Positions 28,311 to 37,504 of a DNA stretch of 64,000 bases are shown in pieces. The stretch is taken from contig BOKR01000001.1 in the NCBI GenBank assembly GCA_016861085.1, forward strand, positions 896,153 to 960,152, written 5' to 3'. The position numbers and the translations under genes are program-made. Within the stretch, counting starts at the first letter, position 1. The number at the start of each line of letters is the position of its first letter. This DNA is from Patescibacteria group bacterium (lineage in GTDB: Bacteria > Patescibacteriota > Microgenomatia > UBA1400 > PJMF01). Below the pieces are notes generated by a model, which was not told the origin of the DNA, searched no databases, and saw nothing but the letters and a program-made list of their open reading frames with translations.

Positions 28311-29062
28311 ACTAAATCCTTATATCCACTAGCTTCTAGCGTATCAACAAGTTCCTCACCACCACTTTTGACTATTTTGCCCTTTACCATCACATGCACA
28401 TAGTCTGGCTTAAGATACTCTAAAATTCGTTTATAATGTGTTATTACTAATACGCCAGTGTTATATTTTTTGATAATTTTTGAAACACCTCTCGCGACTT
28501 TTTTAATTGCATCAATATCAAGCCCAGAATCAGTTTCGTCCAAGATTGCAAATTCAGGTTCTAGCAAAGCCATCTGCAAAATTTCTAACTGTTTTTTTTC
28601 ACCGCCAGAAAAACCCTCGTTTAAGCCACGAGTTAAGAAAAGAGGATCAATATCTAGTTCCTCAGCTAACGATTTTAAGTGGTTTCTAAAATCTAGTGCT
28701 TTTGCAAAAGTCTTTTCTGGCCTGTCAGCAAAACGAGCCTCGTAGGCCAACTTCAAAAAGTTTTGTACCCTTACTCCTGGAACTTCTACTGGATACTGAA
28801 ATGCAAGAAATAATCCTTTTTGAGCTCTTTCGTCTGGAGAAAGCTCCAACAATTCTAAGCCATTAAGCAAAACTGAACCTCCTGTCACAGTATATTCAGG
28901 ATGTCCAGCTAATGTCGCGGCAGTTGTTGATTTACCAGACCCATTTGGACCCATAATTGCATGTACTTCTCCCGGCTTTACTGTTAAGGAAATCCCGTTC
29001 AAAATTTGCTTGTCTTCTATTGAAACGTGTAAGTTTGAAATACTCAGAGATTTTTTTACCAT
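28307..29062 (-). CDS. sufC: Fe-S assembly ATPase SufC
   Basis: MGPNGSGKST, LAFQYP, GFSGGEKK, LDETDSGLDID. Confidence 0.96.
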   Translation of the reverse strand: MVKKSLSISNLHVSIEDKQILNGISLTVKPGEVHAIMGPNGSGKSTTAATLAGHPEYTVTGGSVLLNGLELLELSPDERAQKGLFLAFQYPVEVPGVRVQNFLKLAYEARFADRPEKTFAKALDFRNHLKSLAEELDIDPLFLTRGLNEGFSGGEKKQLEILQMALLEPEFAILDETDSGLDIDAIKKVARGVSKIIKKYNTGVLVITHYKRILEYLKPDYVHVMVKGKIVKSGGEELVDTLEASGYKDLV

Positions 29063-29124
29063 ATAATCCTAAATTTAATTGTTCGAAGGGCTTATTTTAA
29101 CACATATTGCGCCTCTGATAACCT

Positions 29125-29736
29125 CTATTGTATACCAGAAATTGCAAAGCCTAATTTGATTTCAGCACGAATATTATCTCGCGTTTCAAGTTCATCAATG
29201 TCAGCTAATCTAAACCAAGCAATCCCGTCGGTTTCTTCTTGGTTTTGAGAAAATGTAACCCCATCTACTGCCTGTAAGAGATAAAAAAATCCAACATGTT
29301 GCTCACAACCTCTCTTCCACCTAGCAGTTGGGTAGCGTTTATCTGGGTTATCAGACTTCAAACGCAGTTGATAACTCTCTTCATTCACCCAGTGTAAATT
29401 AGTAGTCATTGGATTAGGCTGGAAACCAAAGTTCTCACCATATGGAAACGCAGTCTTTGATTTCCCGACAAGCGAATATTTTTTTTCAACTCCCGGAAGA
29501 CTAAACACATCAACCGCCTTGACCTTCACCCCTGTTTCTTCAAAAAATTCGCGCTCCGCTGCTTCATGAGGCAATTCTCCTTCATCAATATGCCCACCAG
29601 GATTCAACCAAATGCCCAATTTTTTATGCTTAACCAGTAAAACTTTATTTGCATGGATCAACATTCCACCTGCTGTATAACAAATCTTTGGTGCCTTAAC
29701 ATCTCTGTGTACATTTTGTTCAAAAGTATCGTTCAT
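29125..29736 (-). CDS. NUDIX hydrolase
   Basis: PGGHIDEGELPHEAAEREFFEETG. Confidence 0.9.
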   Translation of the reverse strand: MNDTFEQNVHRDVKAPKICYTAGGMLIHANKVLLVKHKKLGIWLNPGGHIDEGELPHEAAEREFFEETGVKVKAVDVFSLPGVEKKYSLVGKSKTAFPYGENFGFQPNPMTTNLHWVNEESYQLRLKSDNPDKRYPTARWKRGCEQHVGFFYLLQAVDGVTFSQNQEETDGIAWFRLADIDELETRDNIRAEIKLGFAISGIQ

Positions 29737-30317
29737 AGCAAACTCATTTGCACTCCGGCATCCTTTTTTGGAGTGAAACTAAAATCTACTGGACATTCAA
29801 TTAAGCGATTCCATTTATTCTTAAACTTAACATGACCTTTTTGCAGACCAAAGTCATAAATATCTCTTGTGACAGCAACATCTTGTAAACAATATTTTTC
29901 TAACTTATCCCACTGCTGGGTCTGATAGTATTTTATTGCATCAAGCCCATCCCCTGACTTACCAATTCCTAAAGTTTCTTGAGCTACTGCGTCTAATCCA
30001 ATTCTATGACCAGCACTGTCTTTAATCTTTACCAGTAAATCTAGTGTTGGTATCTTGGTGATATCTGCGGAATAATATGGCACAAATGTTTGCATATCAA
30101 AGTTATCAACATTAAACCCAACTACTAAATCCGCCTTTTCAAGCAAGGGGAACAGTTCAGGCAAATCCTTTTCCCAATAACTGCGCATTTCACCTTTACC
30201 GCTTGTTCCCTCTCTCACACAAACTCCAACGAAAGAAATGCCCAATCTATCAGGAAAAAAGCCACCAACTTCGTCAAAAGTTTTTTTTGTTTCTACATCT
30301 AAGATCACTTGAAGCAC
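29733..30317 (-). CDS. RNase H-like (DEDD/YprB-type) nuclease domain protein
   Basis: LDVET, GFNVDNFD, TLDL, KYCLQDV. Confidence 0.8.
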   Translation of the reverse strand: MLQVILDVETKKTFDEVGGFFPDRLGISFVGVCVREGTSGKGEMRSYWEKDLPELFPLLEKADLVVGFNVDNFDMQTFVPYYSADITKIPTLDLLVKIKDSAGHRIGLDAVAQETLGIGKSGDGLDAIKYYQTQQWDKLEKYCLQDVAVTRDIYDFGLQKGHVKFKNKWNRLIECPVDFSFTPKKDAGVQMSLL

Positions 30318-30397
30318 AAAACTCCCCTTCTAATAACAGAACACACAGAGGACTATGATAACCAAATAAAAAAATATTGTCTAAAATACCAATGCTA

Positions 30398-31006
30398 TCA
30401 AACTGCAGCGTCAAAACGTCTTTCAACTTCAGCCCAATTTACAATATTCCAAAAAGCTGCAATATAGTCTGGTCGTCTATTTTGATAATTTAAATAGTAT
30501 GCATGTTCCCAAACATCTAACCCTAATAACGGTGTTTGACCGACTGAAAGTGGACTATCCTGATTTCCTGTTGAAGTAATCGCCAATTCTCCATTCTCAT
30601 CAACAACTAACCAGGCCCACCCAGAACCAAATCGTTTTGTTGCTGCATCAGAAAAAGCTTGTTTAAAAGCATCAAAACTCTCAAACTTAGAAATTATCGT
30701 CTCTTTTAATTCCCCAGTTGGCTCATCACCACCGTTTGGCGAAAGATTTGCCCAAAATAAGTTGTGATTGTAAAATCCACCACCGTTGTTAATAACTGCC
30801 TGTCTGATTGAACCCGGAACTTTATCTAGATCTGATAAAATCTCCTCAATCTTCAATGAGAGTAAGTCATCTTGGCCTTCTAATGCTGCATTCAAGTTGT
30901 TTGTGTAGGCTTGATGATGTTTTGTGTAATGAATTTCCATAGTTCGAGCATCAATATGTGGCTCAAGGGCGTTAAACTCATATGGTAATTGTGGAAGTTG
31001 AAACAT
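30398..31006 (-). CDS. sodA: Superoxide dismutase (Mn/Fe family, Mn-like signature)
   Basis: [31 protein letters not shown]. Confidence 0.93.
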   Translation of the reverse strand: MFQLPQLPYEFNALEPHIDARTMEIHYTKHHQAYTNNLNAALEGQDDLLSLKIEEILSDLDKVPGSIRQAVINNGGGFYNHNLFWANLSPNGGDEPTGELKETIISKFESFDAFKQAFSDAATKRFGSGWAWLVVDENGELAITSTGNQDSPLSVGQTPLLGLDVWEHAYYLNYQNRRPDYIAAFWNIVNWAEVERRFDAAV

Positions 31007-31020
31007 TAGGACCTTTCAAA

Positions 31021-31320
31021 CTATTTTCTTCTGTTTTCTCTATCAAAAAGATTCAGCACTTCTTCAATCAAATAACTGACGAAGGCATATACAAATATCG
31101 CAAAAAGTGTCGTAAATTCAATTACAAATCTGCCGCTAATACTTGGCGTTGGAAAAGCAAACAGAAATGGTGCCAAAAGCGGTTGGGTATTCTGGTAAAC
31201 AAACGCCACAAATGGGCTATTTGGGTTGGCCCCTAAAAACTTGAGGCCAAATCGGAACATAAGCAGTATACCCACTAAAGAAAAGATTAATACAGTAAAG
31301 TTTTTTAGTATTTTTCCCAT
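31021..31320 (-). CDS. YggT-family membrane protein
   Basis: Two to three TMs; FVYQNTQPLLAPF. Confidence 0.7.
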   Translation of the reverse strand: MGKILKNFTVLIFSLVGILLMFRFGLKFLGANPNSPFVAFVYQNTQPLLAPFLFAFPTPSISGRFVIEFTTLFAIFVYAFVSYLIEEVLNLFDRENRRK

Positions 31321-31394
31321 AAGCACCAACAGTTAAACATATTCCCTAAGGTAAGTCAACCGTTTATATTGACTTATCTTGTATAATCCTATCC

Positions 31395-31757
31395 ATGCAA
31401 CGGAGAAAAAATGCCGAATTCTCAAAAAACACAATGGAGGAAGTTGTTCATCTCCAAAAAAGCCGTTGTGAACACTGCAAACGGAAATTAACTCCAGAAG
31501 AGTATACATTTCATCACATACTACCGCTTTGGTATGCTACTATTTTTTTTCCAGATTTATCTTGTGCTGCTTTAAAAAATGTTCTGAACTGCCAATTGCT
31601 CTGTAGAGCCTGCCATGATCTGGAACATGGTCAAGAGTTTCCAAAAAGTAAATATACACCAAAAAAACACCAATATCGAGAAAAAGCTGAAGAACTAAGA
31701 AAATATGATAAAAAAGTAAGTAGTTTGTCCGGACTCAAAAGGTTGCTATCATCTTAA
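31395..31757 (+). CDS. HNH endonuclease
   Basis: CEHC...HHILP...NCQLLCRACH; TATAAT 7 nt before the ATG. Confidence 0.85.
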   Translation: MQRRKNAEFSKNTMEEVVHLQKSRCEHCKRKLTPEEYTFHHILPLWYATIFFPDLSCAALKNVLNCQLLCRACHDLEHGQEFPKSKYTPKKHQYREKAEELRKYDKKVSSLSGLKRLLSS

Positions 31758-32614
31758 ACAACTGCTGTTGTTTGTTCATTGGCGATTCTCACTGCCTCAA
31801 TCACTTTGTCTCTGATCTCTGTTTTGATGTATTCTTCGTGTTCTGGACCATGATTTAAATTAGATAAGATCTGAGAAGTTTGAGCTCCAGCCCAAAATGG
31901 ATCACCTGCCATAAATCCCCTTGCCCCACTATCTATACAAGCTCTCAGGTTTTGCTTAAATTCCTCGTACCCGATTTCCCGAGCATTGTAAATCCATGGA
32001 GTATCAATCTCTGCAGTGATTGTTACGGCCGAAAGAGAGCTCCCAAGGTATTCAAGTGCGAGAATATCACTTGTATTTGTAAACTCTCTTGCAGCTTGGA
32101 GTTGTGCCTCAAACAATACTTCTGCTACTGGAGGTTCAGAAGATGGGTGGTACACCATCAGCTCTAACAACAAATCTATGCCCTCATATTTACAATAATC
32201 ATGGACTTCTGCTACGAATTGCTTCTTACGCATGGCTTCTGGTTCTTGGGGATGATAATACAATTCCAACTTCGCGAGAGCATAGTTATTACTAATATGC
32301 TCAATACCCCAACTATCTGCCATTCTGGGCATAGAAAAAGGATCAGTTGCATCTGATTTTTTTTCCAAAGAAAGCAATAATCCTGTTCCATTTGCTTTTT
32401 TTGAAATGATAGAGAAGTCAAAATCTGGATCAACCACAACCCCTGAGACTTCAGGTGATAAATATTGCATCATTTTGCCTGAAATAAATGATAAATGCTC
32501 CTGGTGCTCAAGATGATCAATATCAAGCCCTATTGCTTGCGCCAGAGTTGCAATTCTAGAAAAATCTAGCAGTGCGAAATTACCCAATGAATTTTTGATA
32601 TTTGCAAGCTTCAT
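31754..32614 (-). CDS. Tagatose-1,6-bisphosphate aldolase (LacD)-like protein with a degenerate active site
   Basis: SGVVVDPDF, GLLLSLEK, KLELYYHP, LLLE, SGARGFMAG. Confidence 0.7.
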   Translation of the reverse strand: MKLANIKNSLGNFALLDFSRIATLAQAIGLDIDHLEHQEHLSFISGKMMQYLSPEVSGVVVDPDFDFSIISKKANGTGLLLSLEKKSDATDPFSMPRMADSWGIEHISNNYALAKLELYYHPQEPEAMRKKQFVAEVHDYCKYEGIDLLLELMVYHPSSEPPVAEVLFEAQLQAAREFTNTSDILALEYLGSSLSAVTITAEIDTPWIYNAREIGYEEFKQNLRACIDSGARGFMAGDPFWAGAQTSQILSNLNHGPEHEEYIKTEIRDKVIEAVRIANEQTTAVV

Positions 32615-32691
32615 ACCTCTTGAGTATGAAGTATTGTCTCTAGCTTTTCAATGATATAATGCAACCCATAATTTTTACTACATGAATTTAC

Positions 32692-33648
32692 ATGAAAAAA
32701 AATATTGTAGAACAAGAGTCACCAAAAAACCTAGCAGAACAAGTGTACTTAGTGAGAGAAAACGAGCTTGTTCTTGCTGAAGTCAGAAAGAGAACCAACT
32801 TCGGTATTAAAAGACTTGTCTTGGGAACTGCTGATCCTGAAAAGGTTAGAATAATCGTGAGAAAAAAAAGATCTAGAGAACTTAAAAAAATTGAAAGACT
32901 TTTAAGTGACATGAGTAAAAACTTATTCGTTATCGAGAGACAAGCGCATGTAGTTGCTCAAGAACTTGCCCAATTTCTTAGAATTAAATTCCCAGAATAT
33001 GATCTACAGATAATTCTAACTGGGAGTAACACTTCTGGGGGAGCCGTCCTCAAAAAAGAACTTGCGATTGAACCAAGCAAAGCATCTGACTTTGATTGTG
33101 CAGTTTTAGTCAAAGGTATACAAGACCCACGGGTCAGAAAAATTGATCCATACCTTTATTTCGAACAAACAAAACTACTTAATACCATTGCAAACTCTAT
33201 TGAATCTTTTCTTAGTGGTAAGGGCTTCATTTTATGCAGCCTAATACAACCTTCTTATGGTCATACTGCACCAACGTTACAATCAGTTGAAGATGCCCTC
33301 AATATGTTAACTGATTACTTTGGAGATAAAGCTATCGAACATGGTATATACTATTTTTACCCGACTTACCCACTTTTAAATTGGGAACGAAACACTAAAT
33401 TAATACAATTAGCACTTGAAAAACTCAGAAGAAATCCCCGGCTGTTTTCAGCAGTAACTATGAATATTCAACAAACTTTTAGTAAAAAAATTCTCATTAA
33501 GCATTCACACCTTTCTGGAATAGCATCCAGTGATATTAATAGTGAGCAACATAGACTTTCGAAGAAAACAGCTGCTACTATAACGGATCAAGTTAGAGAA
33601 AATAGGTCTGGAAAAATACTAAAAGAAGCCAGCCATATTATTCGATAG
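32692..33648 (+). CDS. Hypothetical protein with a Pol-beta-type nucleotidyltransferase motif
   Basis: IILTGS...SDFDCAVLV. Confidence 0.55.
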   Translation: MKKNIVEQESPKNLAEQVYLVRENELVLAEVRKRTNFGIKRLVLGTADPEKVRIIVRKKRSRELKKIERLLSDMSKNLFVIERQAHVVAQELAQFLRIKFPEYDLQIILTGSNTSGGAVLKKELAIEPSKASDFDCAVLVKGIQDPRVRKIDPYLYFEQTKLLNTIANSIESFLSGKGFILCSLIQPSYGHTAPTLQSVEDALNMLTDYFGDKAIEHGIYYFYPTYPLLNWERNTKLIQLALEKLRRNPRLFSAVTMNIQQTFSKKILIKHSHLSGIASSDINSEQHRLSKKTAATITDQVRENRSGKILKEASHIIR

Positions 33649-33658
33649 GCTGGCTTCT
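33621..33658 (-). terminator. pnp intrinsic terminator
   Basis: AGAAGCCAGCC/GGCTGGCTTCT stem with a T run on the - strand; overlaps the end of the convergent ORF. Confidence 0.7.
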
Positions 33659-33675
33659 ACTATTCTTTAATTCAT

Positions 33676-36030
33676 TTAGTCTTCTTGTCGTCTGACAACT
33701 GGGCGTCTTTGAAACCCACCACGATCGCCGCCTCTTTTATCATCTCTTCGGTCACCACCACGACCACCTCTGAAGTCACGTCCGCCGCCACGGTTTCCAC
33801 CACGACCACCTCGGTCTCCTCCACCGAATCCACCTCTATCGCCACCGCGATCACCTCGTTCTGCTCGCTTTGCAGCAACTTCAGCCTGTTGCTCAGGAGT
33901 TAACATAGTAAGACCAATTTTGCCGTCATCTTTGATCTCAGCAATCCTAACAGTAACTTTGTCTCCGACTTTGACTAAATCACTTGCATCTTTGACAAAT
34001 TCAGTACTCATTGCTGAGACATGTACTAAACCTTCTCGTTGTGGCAAGTATTCTACAAATGCCCCGTAGCTTTCAACTCGAGTTACGAAGCCTTCAAATT
34101 CTTCACCGACTTCAACTCTTCGCATCATGTTACTAATGAATGTGTAAGCTGCATCAATCTTTGACTGGTCGTCTGAAGAAATGTTAACGATACCAAGCCC
34201 TTGATCTTTGTCTTCATCCACACTGATTTCTGCACCAGTTTCTTCAATAATACTCTTAATCATCTTGCCACCTGGGCCGATCAACTCACCAATCCTATCT
34301 TGTGGAATTGTCAGTTGTTGGACCTTTGGAGCATATACGGAAAGCTCAGTTCTTGGCTGAGAAATTGCTTCCATCATTTTGCCCATGATGTGCATTCTGC
34401 CAACTCTTGCTTGTTCTAAAGCTTCTTCTAAAACTGCTCTTGGAATACCCTTGAGTTTGATATCCATTTGAATTGCAGTTATACCAACTTCTGTTCCGGC
34501 AACTTTAAAGTCCATGTCACCAACGTGATCTTCAAGACCTTGAATATCTGACAGCACTACAAAATTGGTACCATCACTCATCAAACCCATTGCAATACCT
34601 GCAACTGGACGCTTGATTGGGACACCTGCAGCCATCAATGATAATGTTGAACCACACACAGAAGCCTGAGAAGTAGAACCATTTGAACTCAAAATTTCAG
34701 AAACTACTTGAATTGTGTATGGAAACTCTGCTTGAGAAGGGAGCATTGGAACCAAGGCTCTTTCTGCCAATGCACCATGACCAATCTCACGTCTACCAGG
34801 ACCCATAAATCTACCAGCTTCACCAGAAGCATATGGAGGCATGTTGTATTGGTGGAAATAGAATCTGTCTTCTTCACCATTAATGCTTTCAATCAACATT
34901 GATTTGGACGGATCACCAAGAGTAGTGATAGTAACTGCTTGAGTCGCACCGCGCTTGAACATTGCTGAACCATGAGTTCTTGGGAATACATCAACTTCAC
35001 ACCAAATTGGTCTAATTTCATCTTTTGCTCTGCCGTCTGGACGAATGCCATCTTGCAAGATCATTTCTCGAGCAACACGTTTAGTTAAATTGTAAACTGC
35101 AGTGTAGATCTCCTCTTGCGGAACTTCAGTTGTCTCTCCAGCACCAACATTAAATTCAACAACGAGCTCAGCTTGCAATTCCTCAAGACCAGCATGTTCT
35201 TCCATTCTGCCTTTTTTCTCAACAATAGTTTTAAGCTGTTCTCTCTTAGTAGCGTAAATCTTTTCTTCAAGATTTTTGATTCTTTCTGCGACTTCTTTTT
35301 CAGCTTCTGAGATGAGGTCTCGTTTTTCCTTACCAATCTCTGACACAACTGTGTCAATAACGTCGCAAATCTTACCCATCTCTGCTTGAGCTCTTACCAA
35401 AGCCTCAACCATAACTGCTTCTGAGACTTCCTTCGCACCAGCTTCTACCATCACAACGGTTTTACCGGTACCAGCAACAATCAAATCCAAATCTGAGTTG
35501 TCTCTTTCGTCATGAGTTGGATTGGTCATGAATTGACCACTTTCTTTGTTATAACCAATTCTCAAACCAGCAATTGGACCCTCAAACGGAATTTCACTAA
35601 TACTGAGTCCAATGGCACTGCCTAAAAGGCCGAGCATGTCTGGATCATTCTGACCATCGTATGAAAATACTGTATTAATAATCTGTACCTCATGGGTTAA
35701 ACCTTCTGGGAACATTGGCCTGAGCGAACGATCAATAACACGTGCTTTTAAAATGACATCGTCTAAAGGACGACCGTCTCTTTTTACCCAGCGAGAACCC
35801 TTGATGATTCCTGCTGAATACAGCTTTTCTGCAAACTCTACAGAAAGTGGGAAATACCCTAAGTTTACTTTTCTGCCAAGTGCAACAGTGCTATGAACTA
35901 CTGTGTCACCACAAGTCACCAAGACTGCAGCGCTTGCTTGTTCCGAGAATTTACCGACTTCAACAGTAACTGTTTTGTCACCAATCTGGAACTCTTTTTT
36001 ATACGTATTTGGATATGTTGGATATGACAT
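33676..36030 (-). CDS. pnp: Polyribonucleotide nucleotidyltransferase (PNPase)
   Basis: RPDGR, HGSAMFKRG, RREIGHG, SNGSTS, GDMDFKVAG, KH and S1 domains, RGG tail. Confidence 0.97.
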   Translation of the reverse strand: MSYPTYPNTYKKEFQIGDKTVTVEVGKFSEQASAAVLVTCGDTVVHSTVALGRKVNLGYFPLSVEFAEKLYSAGIIKGSRWVKRDGRPLDDVILKARVIDRSLRPMFPEGLTHEVQIINTVFSYDGQNDPDMLGLLGSAIGLSISEIPFEGPIAGLRIGYNKESGQFMTNPTHDERDNSDLDLIVAGTGKTVVMVEAGAKEVSEAVMVEALVRAQAEMGKICDVIDTVVSEIGKEKRDLISEAEKEVAERIKNLEEKIYATKREQLKTIVEKKGRMEEHAGLEELQAELVVEFNVGAGETTEVPQEEIYTAVYNLTKRVAREMILQDGIRPDGRAKDEIRPIWCEVDVFPRTHGSAMFKRGATQAVTITTLGDPSKSMLIESINGEEDRFYFHQYNMPPYASGEAGRFMGPGRREIGHGALAERALVPMLPSQAEFPYTIQVVSEILSSNGSTSQASVCGSTLSLMAAGVPIKRPVAGIAMGLMSDGTNFVVLSDIQGLEDHVGDMDFKVAGTEVGITAIQMDIKLKGIPRAVLEEALEQARVGRMHIMGKMMEAISQPRTELSVYAPKVQQLTIPQDRIGELIGPGGKMIKSIIEETGAEISVDEDKDQGLGIVNISSDDQSKIDAAYTFISNMMRRVEVGEEFEGFVTRVESYGAFVEYLPQREGLVHVSAMSTEFVKDASDLVKVGDKVTVRIAEIKDDGKIGLTMLTPEQQAEVAAKRAERGDRGGDRGGFGGGDRGGRGGNRGGGRDFRGGRGGDRRDDKRGGDRGGFQRRPVVRRQED

Positions 36031-36048
36031 CCGATTCCTTTCACATGG

Positions 36049-36259
36049 TCAGCAAACAAACCCCGTTTAACTTCTACGGGTTCCTTGTATTGTTTGTTTG
36101 ATCTGATTCATGATCAAATATTGGATACAAAAGTGATTATTGTGAGTATTCCCTGAGAAAAGATAAGTTTCTATGAGATTTTCCTCTCCCTTATCGCCTC
36201 TCTTGAATCCTCAATAAACACTCTTAGTATCGCAAGTAATTTTTACTAGATACATTATA
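36049..36259 (-). promoter_or_regulatory. pnp promoter and structured 5' leader
   Basis: TGcTATAAT (-10 at 36254-36259) followed by two long imperfect hairpins. Confidence 0.55.
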
Positions 36260-36278
36260 GCACGAAAACGACCAGAGT

Positions 36279-36905
36279 TTATAATCGTTTAAGCAGTCTG
36301 TCATACAAAATGACATATGCTAATGTTCCAATTGGAATAGTTACGATTAAACCAACAAACAGTGCCAAAATACCAGAATACATCAAGACAACTGTTGCAG
36401 CCATAAATCCAAAAATATCCCATTTAACTCCATCAGTCATCTTAGCACTTGCCTTGAGGGCTTCAATTGGGCCCATTCCTTTATCAACGATTAAGTATGG
36501 GGTAAACATGAACTTGATCGAAAAGATAATTCCAGGAATGATGAAAAGTAAGAACCCGCCAAAGATAATGAGCATCATGAGTATTTGGGCTACGATAAAA
36601 TTGATGGCTTTTGGAGCAACTGAGGTAATCATATCCATAGTTACTTTTTTGCCTCTGATCAACTCAACATAAGCTTTGATCACACCCATTGAAACTATGA
36701 ATTGAATTACAAGATAGGCCAATCCCCAAATCATGGCAAAAGCTGAATTTTCATTTGTTTCACTTATGAGCATGTTGTAGACAATAGCAACGACAATCGG
36801 CAGTAGTTGAACTGCATACACCACAATCCACTCTTTTTTGAAAATTTCCCAGGCTGACCTAAATGAGTCACTGATAATAAAACCTTCTGTAGATTTGAGT
36901 AGCAT
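36279..36905 (-). CDS. Integral membrane protein (DUF975-like)
   Basis: Multiple TMs; LLFIIPGII, PYLIVD, IEALKAS. Confidence 0.7.
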   Translation of the reverse strand: MLLKSTEGFIISDSFRSAWEIFKKEWIVVYAVQLLPIVVAIVYNMLISETNENSAFAMIWGLAYLVIQFIVSMGVIKAYVELIRGKKVTMDMITSVAPKAINFIVAQILMMLIIFGGFLLFIIPGIIFSIKFMFTPYLIVDKGMGPIEALKASAKMTDGVKWDIFGFMAATVVLMYSGILALFVGLIVTIPIGTLAYVILYDRLLKRL

Positions 36906-36981
36906 AGTATCCTTGAGTCTATTTTTTTACTTACCTAGTAGCATACATCACTTTTATTTATTTTGCTAGATATGCCAAAAT

Positions 36982-37013
36982 AAAAGGGCCTTAGTTTTAC
37001 CAAGGCCCCTTTT
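36982..37013 (-). terminator. rpsO intrinsic terminator
   Basis: AAAAGGGCCTT/AAGGCCCCTTTT stem. Confidence 0.7.
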
Positions 37014-37036
37014 GAAAATCTAAAATTTTGAACAAA

Positions 37037-37306
37037 TTATTTACTTAACCCTAATCTATCAATTAAAGTTCTGTATCTTTCTTCACTTCGAGAAAGCAAG
37101 AAATTTAATAATCTTCTTCTTTTCGCGACTTGTTTTAAGAGACCTCTTCTTGAGTGATCATCTTTTTTGTGTGAACTCAAGTGCTTGGTTAACTCTTGGA
37201 CAGAAGCAGTCAGCAATGCAATCTGTACTTCTGGAGAACCAGTGTCACCTGCAAACAGCGCAAAATCTGTAATAATTTGTTGTTTTTGAGCTTTTGATAA
37301 AGCCAT
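37037..37306 (-). CDS. rpsO: 30S ribosomal protein S15
   Basis: DTGSPEVQIALLT, HKKDDHSRRGLL. Confidence 0.97.
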   Translation of the reverse strand: MALSKAQKQQIITDFALFAGDTGSPEVQIALLTASVQELTKHLSSHKKDDHSRRGLLKQVAKRRRLLNFLLSRSEERYRTLIDRLGLSK

Positions 37307-37504
37307 GGTATTCCTTTCGCTTCTTTTATGAAGCATCCCTTACTTCAAAAGTCTGAGGCGCCTAGATGACGATTTACAAACCTTTTACAAGTAAAGTAAC
37401 CAATTTATTTTTACTGTTCTGTATTATATCACAATTATACTCTTTTTATCTACTGATATACATAAATATGTTTATATTTTTTATTATTATGATAAAATAT
37501 ACAG

